Program-made: the position numbers and the translations under genes
In this document: positions 39,946-51,477 of the stretch, piece by piece
Layout: every line of letters begins with the position of its first letter
Numbering within the stretch: the stretch's first letter is position 1
Source: Actinomycetes bacterium
GTDB taxonomy: Bacteria; Actinomycetota; Actinomycetes; Nanopelagicales; Nanopelagicaceae
Length of the DNA: 51,477 nucleotides
NCBI GenBank assembly: GCA_041303595.1
Contig: JBFYOW010000001.1
Span: 1 to 51,477 of the forward strand
Reading direction: 5' to 3'
The notes under the pieces: generated by a model
Database searches by the model: none
Told to the model about the DNA's origin: nothing
The model's input: the letters and a program-made list of their open reading frames with translations, nothing else

Positions 39946-40455
39946 TTATGCGATTGTGACGCTGTTGATGACAACAGGTGTTACAGGCTTATCTTGTGCG
40001 CCAGTTGGTGTTGACTCAATCTTGTCGACAACTGCCTGTGAAGCAGCATCCTTAACTTCACCGAAGATTGTGTGCTTACGGTTAAGCCATGTTGTTGGCG
40101 CTGAGGTGATAAAGAACTGCGAACCGTTTGAGTTAGGTCCTGAGTTGGCCATGGCAAGAATGTATGGGCGATCGAATTGAAGCTCGCCGTGGAACTCATC
40201 AGCAAATGCATAGCCCGGACCACCAAAGCCCTGACCAAGTGGGTCTCCACCTTGAATCATGAAGCCACTGATGACGCGGTGAAAAACTGTTCCGTCGTAG
40301 AGCTTCTCTGTTGTCTTCTTACCTGTACGTGGATCGGTCCACTCTTTTGCACCAGTTGCGAGTTCTACAAAGTTTGCAACGGTCTTTGGTGCGTGGTCAG
40401 GGAAGAGCTCGATAACGATGTCACCGAGAGTTGTATGCAAAGTTGCTGTTGTCAT
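39946..40455 (-). CDS. ppiA: Peptidyl-prolyl cis-trans isomerase (cyclophilin)
   Basis: APKTVANF, FHRVISGFMIQGGDP, AMANSGPNSNGSQFFIT, HTIFG; start ATG 40455. Confidence 0.93.
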   Translation of the reverse strand: MTTATLHTTLGDIVIELFPDHAPKTVANFVELATGAKEWTDPRTGKKTTEKLYDGTVFHRVISGFMIQGGDPLGQGFGGPGYAFADEFHGELQFDRPYILAMANSGPNSNGSQFFITSAPTTWLNRKHTIFGEVKDAASQAVVDKIESTPTGAQDKPVTPVVINSVTIA

Positions 40456-40481
40456 ATCAATATCCAATCAGTCGCGGTAGC

Positions 40482-40509
40482 AAAAAACCCACCATACGGT
40501 GGGCTTCTT
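40482..40509 (-). terminator. Rho-independent terminator after the tRNA pair
   Basis: Minus strand AAGAAGCCCACC-GTAT-GGTGGGTTTTTT. Confidence 0.8.
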
Positions 40510-40512
40510 GAG

Positions 40513-40585
40513 TGGAGACCAGGGGAATCGAACCCCTAACCCCCGCCTTGCAAAGGCGGTGCTCTACCAATTGAGCTAGGTCCCC
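40513..40585 (-). tRNA. tRNA-Ala(TGC)
   Basis: GGGGACCTAGCTCAATTGGTAGAGCACCGCC-TT-TGC-AA-GGCGG...GGTTCGATTCCCCTGGTCTCCA; G3-U70 identity pair. Confidence 0.96.
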
Positions 40586-40600
40586 GTTGTTAGTGCGGGG

Positions 40601-40675
40601 TGGGCCTAGATGGACTTGAACCATCGACCTCTTCCTTATCAGGGAAGCGCTCTAACCGGGCTGAGCTATAGGCCC
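40601..40675 (-). tRNA. tRNA-Ile(GAT)
   Basis: GGGCCTATAGCTCAGCCCGGTTAGAGCGCTTCC-CT-GAT-AA-GGAAG...GGTTCAAGTCCATCTAGGCCCA. Confidence 0.96.
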
Positions 40676-40773
40676 GCAGATAAACTTTCGTTCATTTGCA
40701 GAATGCGTAGATTACTTGATTTTACTCAAGTAGCCAAAACGCCTTCGGTCTATCGCTACAGGCGCAGACAGTA

Positions 40774-43271
40774 CTACTTTTCCTCGGAAATCTCATCTTC
40801 CCGGCTGCGAGTGACAGTCAAAAGGGTGGCACCTTCATCAAGATTGACGAGGCGGACGCCCATTGAGTCACGACCGGTTTGGCGGATCTCAGAAGCTTCA
40901 GTGCGCATCACAGTTCCAGCGCTGGTTATTGCGAGAATCTCATCTGTATCGACGAGAACGAGGGCAGAGACGAGAGTTCCACGAGAGTCCTCATCAATCT
41001 TTGCCGCCTTGATACCAATTCCACCACGGCCCTGGAGGCGATACTCCTCGATTGGAGTCTTCTTGCCGTAGCCACCATCGGTTGCGGTAAAGACAAATGA
41101 ATTTTCACCATCAACGCGCGACATTGTTAGAAGTTCATCACCGGCACGGAACTTCATTCCGATTACACCAGAAGTTGATCGTCCCATTGAACGAAGTGAC
41201 TCGTCATCGCAGACAAATCGAACTGACATCGCCTTGCGCGATACCAACAAAATCTCATCGCCATTTGCTGCCAGAGATGCCGATACAACTTCATCGCCTG
41301 GCTTGAGGTTGATTGCAATCAAACCACCGGTGCGAGGTGAGTCGTACTCAGTCAACGGAGTCTTCTTAATGAGTCCAGCCTTAGTGGCAAGAATTAAGAA
41401 TGGTGCTGCGTTGTAATCCTTAAGAGAGAGAACTTGTGCAATTGTCTCTTCAGGTTTAAATGCCAAGAGGTTTGCCACATGTTGTCCGCGCGCATCGCGA
41501 CCTGCATCTGGTAGCTCGTGAACCTTTGCGCGGTAGACACGACCTTGGTTGGTGAAGAACAACAGCCAATCGTGAGTTGATGCGACGAAGAAGTGATCGA
41601 CTACATCGTCTTGCTTCAGTGATGCGCCCTTTACGCCACGGCCACCACGACGCTGTGATTTGTAGAGGTCAGCTGCAGTGCGCTTTGAATATCCGCCACG
41701 TGTAATAGTGACAACAACATCTGAATCCGGAATGAGATCTTCGGCCGAGAAGTCGCCTTCAGATGCAACAAGTTGGGTGCGACGTTCGTCGCCATACTTT
41801 GCCACTAATTCTGAAAGCTCTGTCTTAACAATTTCACGCTGCTTTGCTTCCGAAGCCAAGATTGCATTGAGTTCGATGATATCTGCCATCAAACCTTCAT
41901 ACTCATCATTGATCTTCTGGCGCTCCAAAGCAGCGATACGACGAAGTTGCATATCCAAGATGGCATTTGCTTGAACTTCATCAACATCGAGCAATTTCAT
42001 AAGCCCAGTACGCGCTTCTTCCGGGGTCTTTGACGCGCGAATCAAAGCGATAACTGCATCTAGTGCATCGAGTGCTTTCAGGTATCCCTTGAGGATATGT
42101 GCGCGCTTCTCTTTCTCAACCAAGCGGAACTTGGTGCGGCGGACAATAACTTCAATCTGATGCTCGATGTAGTACTTAATGAACTCATCAAGACGCAATG
42201 TGCGCGGAACTCCATCAACGAGCGCCAACATATTTGCGCCGAAGGTGTCCTGCAATTGTGTCTGCTTGTAAAGATTATTGAGAACAACCTTTGGAATCGC
42301 CGCTTGCTGCAAGACAATCACGAGACGTTGACCGAGACGTTCGTTACCTTCATCTCGAACATCTGCGATGCCCTTGATCTTGCCATCCTTAACGAGTTCA
42401 GCAATCTTGAGCGCCAAATTATCTGGGTTGACTTGATATGGAAGCTCGGTAACAACAAGGCAGGTGCGCTTATTGATCTCTTCTACATTGACAACTGCGC
42501 GCATCGTGATCGATCCACGACCAGTGCGGTAAGCATCTTCGATTCCACCGCGGCCAACGATGAGCGCCTTGGTTGGGAAATCTGGTCCCTTAACAACAGT
42601 CAGCAAGTGTGCAAGTAACTCTTCAACTGGCTGATCTGGGTGTTCGAGCGTGTATATGACAGCTTCACCAATTTCACGCAAGTTATGTGGCGGAATATTT
42701 GTCGCCATACCAACTGCGATACCAGCAGAGCCATTAACGAGCAGGTTTGGAAAACGTGAAGGCAATACATCTGGCTCTTGTGAACGGCCATCATAGTTAG
42801 GCGAGAAATCAACGGTATCTTCATCGATATCGCGCATCATCTCCATCGCAAGTAGAGCCAAACGCGCTTCGGTGTAACGCATCGCAGCAGCTGGATCATT
42901 GCCGGGAGAGCCGAAGTTACCGTTTCCATCTACCAATGGATAGCGAAGAGACCAAGGCTGTGCCAAACGAACAACAGAGTCATAGATCGCAGTGTCACCA
43001 TGTGGGTGGTAATTACCCATTACATCACCGACGATACGAGAAGACTTGTAGTAACCCTTATCTGGACGATAACCAGCATCGAACATCGCATACAAGACGC
43101 GACGGTGAACCGGCTTTAGCCCGTCACGAATATCTGGAAGCGCGCGACCAACAATGACTGACATTGCATAGTCAAGATAGCTGCGCGCCATCTCAACTTG
43201 TAGATCCACAGTCTCAATACGGTCATATGTAGCTCCGTTTGAGTCTGGTGCGGTTATTTTCTCATCGCTCA

Positions 43272-43272
<1 letters not shown>
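40774..43272 (-). CDS. gyrA: DNA gyrase subunit A
   Basis: [22 protein letters not shown] catalytic Tyr, GyrA-box QRRGGRG. Confidence 0.97.
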
Positions 43273-45401
<2,129 letters not shown>

Positions 45402-45457
45402 TTAGCCTGCCTCCTAAGGTTCCCTGTGGGGTCAGCACATTTTCCCCTCCACAGTCG

Positions 45458-45493
45458 TAATCCACAGTGTGGATAAATTACAACGTTGTAATT
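45458..45493. promoter_or_regulatory. Inverted pair of DnaA boxes plus an 18-bp perfect palindrome
   Basis: TAATCCACA (45458-45466, 1 mismatch), TGTGGATAA (45468-45476, perfect TTATCCACA reverse), AATTACAACGTTGTAATT (45476-45493). Confidence 0.65.
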
Positions 45494-45511
45494 CGATTAC
45501 CACTCTCCCCT

Positions 45512-45529
45512 TCTCAGCAAAGACTCAGC
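45512..45529 (+). promoter_or_regulatory. PhoP/MprA-like direct-repeat box upstream of the response regulator
   Basis: TCTCAGC-AAAG-ACTCAGC (11-bp period), followed by CATGAT at 45539-45544 and ATG at 45551. Confidence 0.6.
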
Positions 45530-45550
45530 ATGAGGCGGCATGATGGAGCC

Positions 45551-46261
45551 ATGGCCAAAGATGCAGCTCAATACCGAATCCTCGTTGTCGATGATGAGCC
45601 TTCAATCAGTGATCTCATCGCGACCAGCCTTAAATTTGTTGGTTTCGATATCCGCACAGCTGCTAATGGCGCACAAGCGCTAACTATTGTTGAAGAATTT
45701 AATCCACACGCAATCGTCCTTGATGTGATGATGCCAGAGATGGATGGCTTTGAAGTTTGTCGTCACATTCGTAACTCTGGAAACCAGGTTGGCATTTTAT
45801 TTCTGACTGCCAAAGATGAGATGAAGGATAAGGTCGAGGGTTTAATGCTCGGCGGCGATGACTACATGACTAAGCCATTTAGTCTCGAGGAACTCGTTGC
45901 ACGCGTTCACGCACTACTTCGTCGAATCGGAATAGTTGAGCAAGAAATCAATGATGAAAAATTGTCTTATGCTGATTTGATTCTTGATGACGCCACCCAT
46001 GAAGTCCATCGTGGTGGCGTACTAATCGATCTCTCTCGTACCGAATTTACTCTTCTTAAGTATTTGATGATCAACGCCGATCGCGTTGTATCGAAGTCAC
46101 AGATTCTCGATCACGTGTGGGATTACGATTTCGGTGGCGATGGCGCAATTGTCGAAACGTACATTTCTTATCTGCGAAAGAAAATTGATATCTACGAACC
46201 TGCGCTCATTCACACAGTCCGTGGTGTTGGTTATCGGCTTCGTGTAGTTCCGGCAAAGTAG
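45551..46261 (+). CDS. phoP: OmpR-family response regulator, closely resembling M. tuberculosis-type PhoP
   Basis: ILVVDDE, SLKFVGF, LDVMMP, LGGDDYMTKPFSLEE, ILDHVWDYDFGGD, VETYISYLRKKID; start re-called to ATG 45551. Confidence 0.8.
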   Translation: MAKDAAQYRILVVDDEPSISDLIATSLKFVGFDIRTAANGAQALTIVEEFNPHAIVLDVMMPEMDGFEVCRHIRNSGNQVGILFLTAKDEMKDKVEGLMLGGDDYMTKPFSLEELVARVHALLRRIGIVEQEINDEKLSYADLILDDATHEVHRGGVLIDLSRTEFTLLKYLMINADRVVSKSQILDHVWDYDFGGDGAIVETYISYLRKKIDIYEPALIHTVRGVGYRLRVVPAK

Positions 46262-46267
46262 GCTCGC

Positions 46268-47743
46268 ATGAACTCTCTTCGCACGTGGTCGCTACGGAGT
46301 CGTCTCACATTAGGAATTCTTCTCCTCACCGCCTTTGGCTTTATTCTCACCAGCTTGGTTGCCAAGCAAGCGCTTGAAAACTATCTCGTTGGGCAGATTG
46401 ATAGCCAGCTGATCTCACTTTCAAAAACTTCTCTTCCAATTATTGCTGTAGCAGGAATTGTTCGAGAAGAAGAGGAAGAGTTACGTGAACATCGCGGAGA
46501 AGGTTTTAGACGGCAACAGGGCCTCGAAGGGCCTCGAAATCCATTTTCTAGAATCCCTACCGCCACCTCACTTACAGTTTTAGATGCGAGTGGCAGCGTC
46601 ACTGGAAAGCTTGGTGGAGACCTCAACACAGCGCAGATCGCTGATTATTTGATTGGTTTTGATTTAGCGGAAGTTGCGACAAAAGCAGGGAAGCCGTTTA
46701 CGGTCAACGGTGAAGAAGAGAAATTTCGTGCGCTTGCAGTTGCTCTTCCAAATAAGAGTGGCTCCATCGTCGCTGCCCAATCACTACGAGAGTTAGAGCG
46801 CACGGTCGGTCAACTTGGATTCTTCTTCTTTCTCATCGGCTTCTTACTACTTACCCTTATTGCAATTGCATCCCGGATAGTTATCAAGATTGGTATGCGA
46901 CCACTTGAAGATGTCGAGGCGACGGCAGAACAGATTGCGGCAGGGGATTTATCAGCACGTATGCCTGATGCAAATCCTCGCACTGAGGTAGGTCGCCTTG
47001 TGGGCTCGCTTAACTCAATGTTGGCTCGCATTGAGAGTTCATTTGCGGCTCGTACTGAATCAGAGAATAAGTTGCGACGCTTTGTCGCAGATGCATCGCA
47101 TGAACTCCGTACACCACTCACCGCTATTCGCGGTTTCTCAGAGCTCTATCGCCAAGGTGCAGTCACTGGCGAGGATGCAACTCGAGAACTGATTGGAAGA
47201 ATTGAAGGCGAATCAAAGCGGATGGGTTCACTCGTAGAAGATTTACTTCTCTTGGCACGCCTTGATCAATCACGCGAAATGGCCTCAAAGCCAGTTAATC
47301 TGATTGAGGTAATTGAATCTGCTGTTGCATCAGCCCGTGCTGCTGGACCAAATCATCCTCTGACCTTTGAAGCCCCAACTGATGAGATCTTCACTCTCGG
47401 TGATGAACCAAGAATTCATCAGGTAATTGCAAATCTCTTGGCTAATGCACGTGCGCACACCCCTGCTGGCACCTCAATAAAGGTTGCAGTCGTTCAAGAT
47501 GCAGATGGAGTTCGCATTTCTGTGAGCGATGATGGACCAGGTATTTCACTTGAGAATCAGAAGAAAATCTTTGAACGTTTCTATCGCGCCGATACTTCAC
47601 GCGTTCGAGTTGATGGTGAAGGAAGTGGATTAGGCCTATCTATCGTGGATGCAGTGATGAAGGGCCACAACGGTTCTGTCACAGTGAAATCAAAGCCAGG
47701 CGAAGGCGCAACTTTTACCTTGTTCTTTCCACAAGCAAACTAA
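46268..47743 (+). CDS. phoR: HAMP-domain sensor histidine kinase (PhoR-like)
   Basis: Two TM helices, HAMP, FVADASHELRTPLT H-box, NLLANA, DDGPG, FERFYR, GSGLGL. Confidence 0.8.
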   Translation: MNSLRTWSLRSRLTLGILLLTAFGFILTSLVAKQALENYLVGQIDSQLISLSKTSLPIIAVAGIVREEEEELREHRGEGFRRQQGLEGPRNPFSRIPTATSLTVLDASGSVTGKLGGDLNTAQIADYLIGFDLAEVATKAGKPFTVNGEEEKFRALAVALPNKSGSIVAAQSLRELERTVGQLGFFFFLIGFLLLTLIAIASRIVIKIGMRPLEDVEATAEQIAAGDLSARMPDANPRTEVGRLVGSLNSMLARIESSFAARTESENKLRRFVADASHELRTPLTAIRGFSELYRQGAVTGEDATRELIGRIEGESKRMGSLVEDLLLLARLDQSREMASKPVNLIEVIESAVASARAAGPNHPLTFEAPTDEIFTLGDEPRIHQVIANLLANARAHTPAGTSIKVAVVQDADGVRISVSDDGPGISLENQKKIFERFYRADTSRVRVDGEGSGLGLSIVDAVMKGHNGSVTVKSKPGEGATFTLFFPQAN

Positions 47744-47759
47744 TTACTTAGTTAAGCCC

Positions 47760-48680
47760 TTAATTTGAAGGGCCGAGTGACTCCATAGCCCGAAGAGTTG
47801 CAATGCGCTCCTCAATTGGTGGGTGGGTACTAAATAACTTCGATACCGCCTTGCCATCAAGCGGGGACTCAATCCAAATATGTGCAACAGCGTTCGATTT
47901 CTGTTGAACCACGGTTGTATCTGAGGCTAGAACCTCAAGCGCCTTACGAAGACCTGCTGGGTTGCGGGTAAACGAAACTGCAGTTGCATCAGCGAGGGAT
48001 TCACGTTTACGCGAGATGGCAGATTTAAGAAGCATCGCAGCAATTGGTGCAAGGATCATGACAACAAGTGAGACCACCAAGAGAATTGGATTGGCGTTGC
48101 TATCACGGCGGTCACGTCCGCCACCGAACCACATCATTCGCATCATAAAGTCAGAGAGCATTGCAATCGCTCCAGCAGTTGTTGCAGCTACCGCTGAAAC
48201 TAAAGTGTCGCGATTAGCAACGTGTGCCATCTCGTGTGCGATGACACCTTGTAGCTCATCGCGATCCATCACCTCAAGAATTCGGGTAGTAAATGCGATT
48301 AGTGCATGATCTGGGTCGCGACCGGTTGCAAAAGCATTTGGCGCAGTATCTTCAACAATCGCTACCTTGGGCATGGGAAGACCTGATGCAATAACAACTT
48401 CTTCAATCACATTAAAGAGCTCTGGTGCATCTTCACGTGTAATGACTTTTGCGCCGGTCATTGTGAGAACTAACTTATCTGAGCCGTAATAAGAGCCCCA
48501 GACTCCAACAAGTGAGATTCCAACTGCCAGCGGAACAATAAATGAAGTTGTTCCCGCGCCAAAGTAGGTCAGTGCTGCATAGGCGATAAGCCATGTCAGT
48601 AGACCCATTGAGGCTAAGAGGAAGTATGTCTTTCCCTTATTTGCAGATTCGAGTTCTCGAAAGTTAGAGCTGGGCGCCAT
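47760..48680 (-). CDS. htpX: M48 zinc metalloprotease HtpX
   Basis: PNAFATG, GVIAHEMAH, RESLADA, FSTHPP. Confidence 0.9.
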   Translation of the reverse strand: MAPSSNFRELESANKGKTYFLLASMGLLTWLIAYAALTYFGAGTTSFIVPLAVGISLVGVWGSYYGSDKLVLTMTGAKVITREDAPELFNVIEEVVIASGLPMPKVAIVEDTAPNAFATGRDPDHALIAFTTRILEVMDRDELQGVIAHEMAHVANRDTLVSAVAATTAGAIAMLSDFMMRMMWFGGGRDRRDSNANPILLVVSLVVMILAPIAAMLLKSAISRKRESLADATAVSFTRNPAGLRKALEVLASDTTVVQQKSNAVAHIWIESPLDGKAVSKLFSTHPPIEERIATLRAMESLGPSN

Positions 48681-48695
48681 TAATAAGATCCTTAA

Positions 48696-49247
48696 TTAAA
48701 ACTTAACGTTAGGAACTTCGCGGTCGCTTGGGTTTTCAACCTCGTAGAAGGCACGTGCATCTACCTTTGCAAGTCCAGTGAAGAAGCTAGTTGGGATTGT
48801 TGCAACTGCTTGGTTAAGTGCGCGCACATTGTCGTTATAGAACTGGCGAGCAAATGAAACCTTGTTCTCAGTTGTTGATAGCTCTTCTTGGAGTGAGAGA
48901 AAGTTTGCAGATGCTTTGAGATCTGGGTAAGCCTCGGCTACTGCAAGCAATCCACGTAGCGCATTTGTCAGTGCGCCATCTGCAGCTGCAACTTCACCGA
49001 CAGTTGACGCAGATGTTGACTTTGCGCGCGCTGTTACAACAGCGTCGAAAGTGGATTGTTCGTGCGCTGCATATCCCTTAACGGTCTCAACTAAGTTGGG
49101 GATTAAATCTGCGCGGCGCTTGAGTTGAACTTCAATCTGCGCCCAAGCTTCATCAACTGTGATGTTGAGGCGAACAAGGCGGTTGTATTGAGCTACAACA
49201 AAGAGTACGAGAAGGGCGATAACGCCTAGAACGATAATAATTTCCAT
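48696..49247 (-). CDS. lemA: LemA family protein
   Basis: IEVQLKRRADLIPNLVETVKGYA, AEAYPDLKAS, RQFYND. Confidence 0.93.
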   Translation of the reverse strand: MEIIIVLGVIALLVLFVVAQYNRLVRLNITVDEAWAQIEVQLKRRADLIPNLVETVKGYAAHEQSTFDAVVTARAKSTSASTVGEVAAADGALTNALRGLLAVAEAYPDLKASANFLSLQEELSTTENKVSFARQFYNDNVRALNQAVATIPTSFFTGLAKVDARAFYEVENPSDREVPNVKF

Positions 49248-49325
49248 GACTATTTAACCCGTTTTCTCCGGGTGTTATTCCCCCAGAATTTATAGATTCT
49301 GAAGCGCTCTGCTAATCAGAATGTA

Positions 49326-49904
49326 TTATTTAATGATACTGCGATGGAAGTTCATAAAGGAACGGCTTGCTGTCGGCCCGCGTTGTCCTTGGTAACGGTT
49401 GAGATATTGCGCCGAACCGTATGGGTGCTCTGCAGGTGATGAGAGTTTAATCAGACAGAGCTGACCGATTTTCATACCTGGGTATAACTTCACTGGCAGG
49501 TTTGCCACATTTGAAAGTTCAAGTGTGATGTGGCCGGAAAAACCTGGATCGATAAAGCCAGCGGTCGAGTGGGTAAGTAACCCAAGGCGACCGAGCGATG
49601 ACTTTCCTTCGAGGCGACCTGCGATGTCATCTGGAAGGGTGATGACCTCGTAGGTGGATGCGAGCACGAACTCACCTGGGTGCAAGATAAAGGCTTCGCC
49701 ATCTTCGGCGATAATTTCGCGAGTCAGCTCAGGCTGCTCGAGGGATGGGTCGATGACCTCATACTTATGGTTTTCAAAGACACGGAAGAACTTGTCGAGG
49801 CGAACGTCGACAGAGGATGGCTGGATCATCGCATCGGCGAAAGGCTCGACGCCTACACGCTTAGATTCGATTTGGGCACGGATATCGCGGTCACTAAGTA
49901 GCAC
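49326..49904 (-). CDS. dcd: dCTP deaminase
   Basis: [42 protein letters not shown]. Start re-called to GTG 49904 (TATGGT -10, leaderless). Confidence 0.94.
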   Translation of the reverse strand: MLLSDRDIRAQIESKRVGVEPFADAMIQPSSVDVRLDKFFRVFENHKYEVIDPSLEQPELTREIIAEDGEAFILHPGEFVLASTYEVITLPDDIAGRLEGKSSLGRLGLLTHSTAGFIDPGFSGHITLELSNVANLPVKLYPGMKIGQLCLIKLSSPAEHPYGSAQYLNRYQGQRGPTASRSFMNFHRSIIK

Positions 49905-49987
49905 GGCGACACCATATATCTGCCGCCGCGGAAAATTACTCTCCGCCACCACTTGCATAAGTTACTGGCGGGTAGAACTATTACGCC

Positions 49988-51477
49988 ATGAGCCATTACA
50001 CAGCAAACCTGCGCGATATCGAATTCTGCCTCTTTGACCTCCTGGGTCGCGACAAAGTCTTGGGTAGCACTCACTACTCAGATCTCGATCGCGATACAGC
50101 GATGGGAATGTTGGAAGAGATTAAGCGCATTACTGAAAATGATCTCGCTGCATCTTTCGTTGACGGAGATCGCATCGGCACAGTCTTTGATAAAGCAACA
50201 GGTGATGTAAAGCTTCCAGAAAGTTTTAAGAAGTCTTACAAAGCTTTCATTGATCAGGGTTGGTGGTCACTCGATGCGCCGGTTGATCTTGGCGGCACAA
50301 AGATTCCTCCATCACTTCGTTGGGCGATCGCTGAAATGGTTCTCGGATCAAATCCAGCGATTCACATCTATGCATCAGGTTATGCATTCGCTCAAGTTGC
50401 ATATGTTCTTGGAACAGAAGACCAGAAGAAGATGGCTGGCCATATGGTCAACCGTCACTGGGGCGCAACCATGCAACTAACCGAACCTGATGCAGGTTCA
50501 GATGTTGGTGCAGGTCGCTCAAAGGCTGTTCAACAACCTGATGGCACATGGCACATCACTGGTACAAAGCGATTTATCACATCAGGTGATGCTGATATCT
50601 ACGAGAACATCATGCACTTCACCCTTGCACGTCGCGAAGGTGGCGGACCAGGAACAAAGGGTCTCTCACTATTCCTTATTCCAAAGTTTATGTTTGATCT
50701 TGAGACAGGTGACCTTGGAAAGCGCAACGGTGTTTATGTCACCAATGTTGAACACAAGATGGGTCTTAATGTCTCTGCAACGTGCGAAATGAACCTTGGT
50801 GAGAAGGAGCCAGCTGTTGGTTATCTTCTTGGTGATGTTCATGAAGGTATCGCGCAGATGTTTAAAGTTATCGAATTTGCGCGCATGATGGTTGGAACAA
50901 AAGCGATCTCAACTCTCTCTGCTGGCTACCTACAAGCACTTGCATATGCAAAGTCACGTGTGCAGGGCGGCGATATGAAGGTAATGAATGACAAGGCTTC
51001 ACCTCGCGTCACAATCATTCACCACCCAGATGTACGTCGTTCGCTAATGGTCCAAAAGTCCTATGCAGAAGGCATGAGAGCCCTTGTTCTCTACACCGCA
51101 ACCATTCAAGATGAGGTTGAACTCGCACGCGCAGCTGGAGATGAAGAGAAGTTGAAGAAGATGGAAGCTCTCAACGACTTGTTACTTCCTGTTGTTAAGG
51201 GCTTTGGTTCAGAGCGTGCATGGACACTTCTTGGAACAGAGAGCTTGCAAACATTTGGTGGTTCAGGATTTACTCAGGACTGGCCGCTAGAACAATATGT
51301 GCGCGATGCAAAGATTGATACTTTGTATGAAGGCACAACTGCAATCCAGGGTCTCGACTTCTTCTTCCGTAAGGTTGTAAAGGATGGTGGTAAGGCACTT
51401 GGTGGACTCGGTAAAGAGATTCAAGCATTTGCTGAATCCGGTGGTGCTAATGCCGATGAGAAGCAAGCGCTATTGAA
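49988..51477 (+). CDS. Acyl-CoA dehydrogenase (FadE5-like), partial, runs off window end
   Basis: Hand translation [13 protein letters not shown]..., [54 protein letters not shown]; missing from the ORF track (no stop in window). Confidence 0.92.
   Translation, partial: MSHYTANLRDIEFCLFDLLGRDKVLGSTHYSDLDRDTAMGMLEEIKRITENDLAASFVDGDRIGTVFDKATGDVKLPESFKKSYKAFIDQGWWSLDAPVDLGGTKIPPSLRWAIAEMVLGSNPAIHIYASGYAFAQVAYVLGTEDQKKMAGHMVNRHWGATMQLTEPDAGSDVGAGRSKAVQQPDGTWHITGTKRFITSGDADIYENIMHFTLARREGGGPGTKGLSLFLIPKFMFDLETGDLGKRNGVYVTNVEHKMGLNVSATCEMNLGEKEPAVGYLLGDVHEGIAQMFKVIEFARMMVGTKAISTLSAGYLQALAYAKSRVQGGDMKVMNDKASPRVTIIHHPDVRRSLMVQKSYAEGMRALVLYTATIQDEVELARAAGDEEKLKKMEALNDLLLPVVKGFGSERAWTLLGTESLQTFGGSGFTQDWPLEQYVRDAKIDTLYEGTTAIQGLDFFFRKVVKDGGKALGGLGKEIQAFAESGGANADEKQALL

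Noticed and set aside
40610-41071. ORFs overlapping tRNA genes (also 8272-8553, 8408-8602 and 30200-30409)
   Set aside because: Spurious translations of the tRNA antisense strands.

Overview
Chromosomal segment of a compact, roughly 50% GC actinobacterium. The actinobacterial marker genes (crgA, guaB1, Sdh1-type operon, Mtb-like PhoPR), very short intergenic spaces and leaderless starts suggest a streamlined freshwater acI/Nanopelagicales-like genome; that taxonomy is inference. From left to right: (1) the 5' 5.4 kb of a giant secreted surface protein that runs off the window edge and is missing from the ORF track, with a motif-dense promoter region; (2) guaB1, a secreted LamG protein and tRNA-Ser(GCT); (3) a ~15.6 kb amino-sugar cluster (FAD/Fe-S D-lactate dehydrogenase, BadF-type sugar kinase, sugar ABC transporter, MurR, MurQ, SIS deaminase, HAD phosphatase, AfuABC-like transporter, NagA) that reads as a complete MurNAc/GlcNAc scavenging pathway which also oxidises the released D-lactate; (4) housekeeping genes from pepP through the Fluc pair, sdh, serS, pheA, a minimal pstP-pknB, trpG, crgA, ppiA, tRNAs and gyrAB; (5) a gyrB-upstream region with DnaA boxes and a palindrome shared with the giant-protein promoter, but no dnaA/dnaN/recF, followed by PhoPR-like TCS, htpX, lemA, dcd and a truncated acyl-CoA dehydrogenase. 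No CRISPR array, transposase or integrase was seen.
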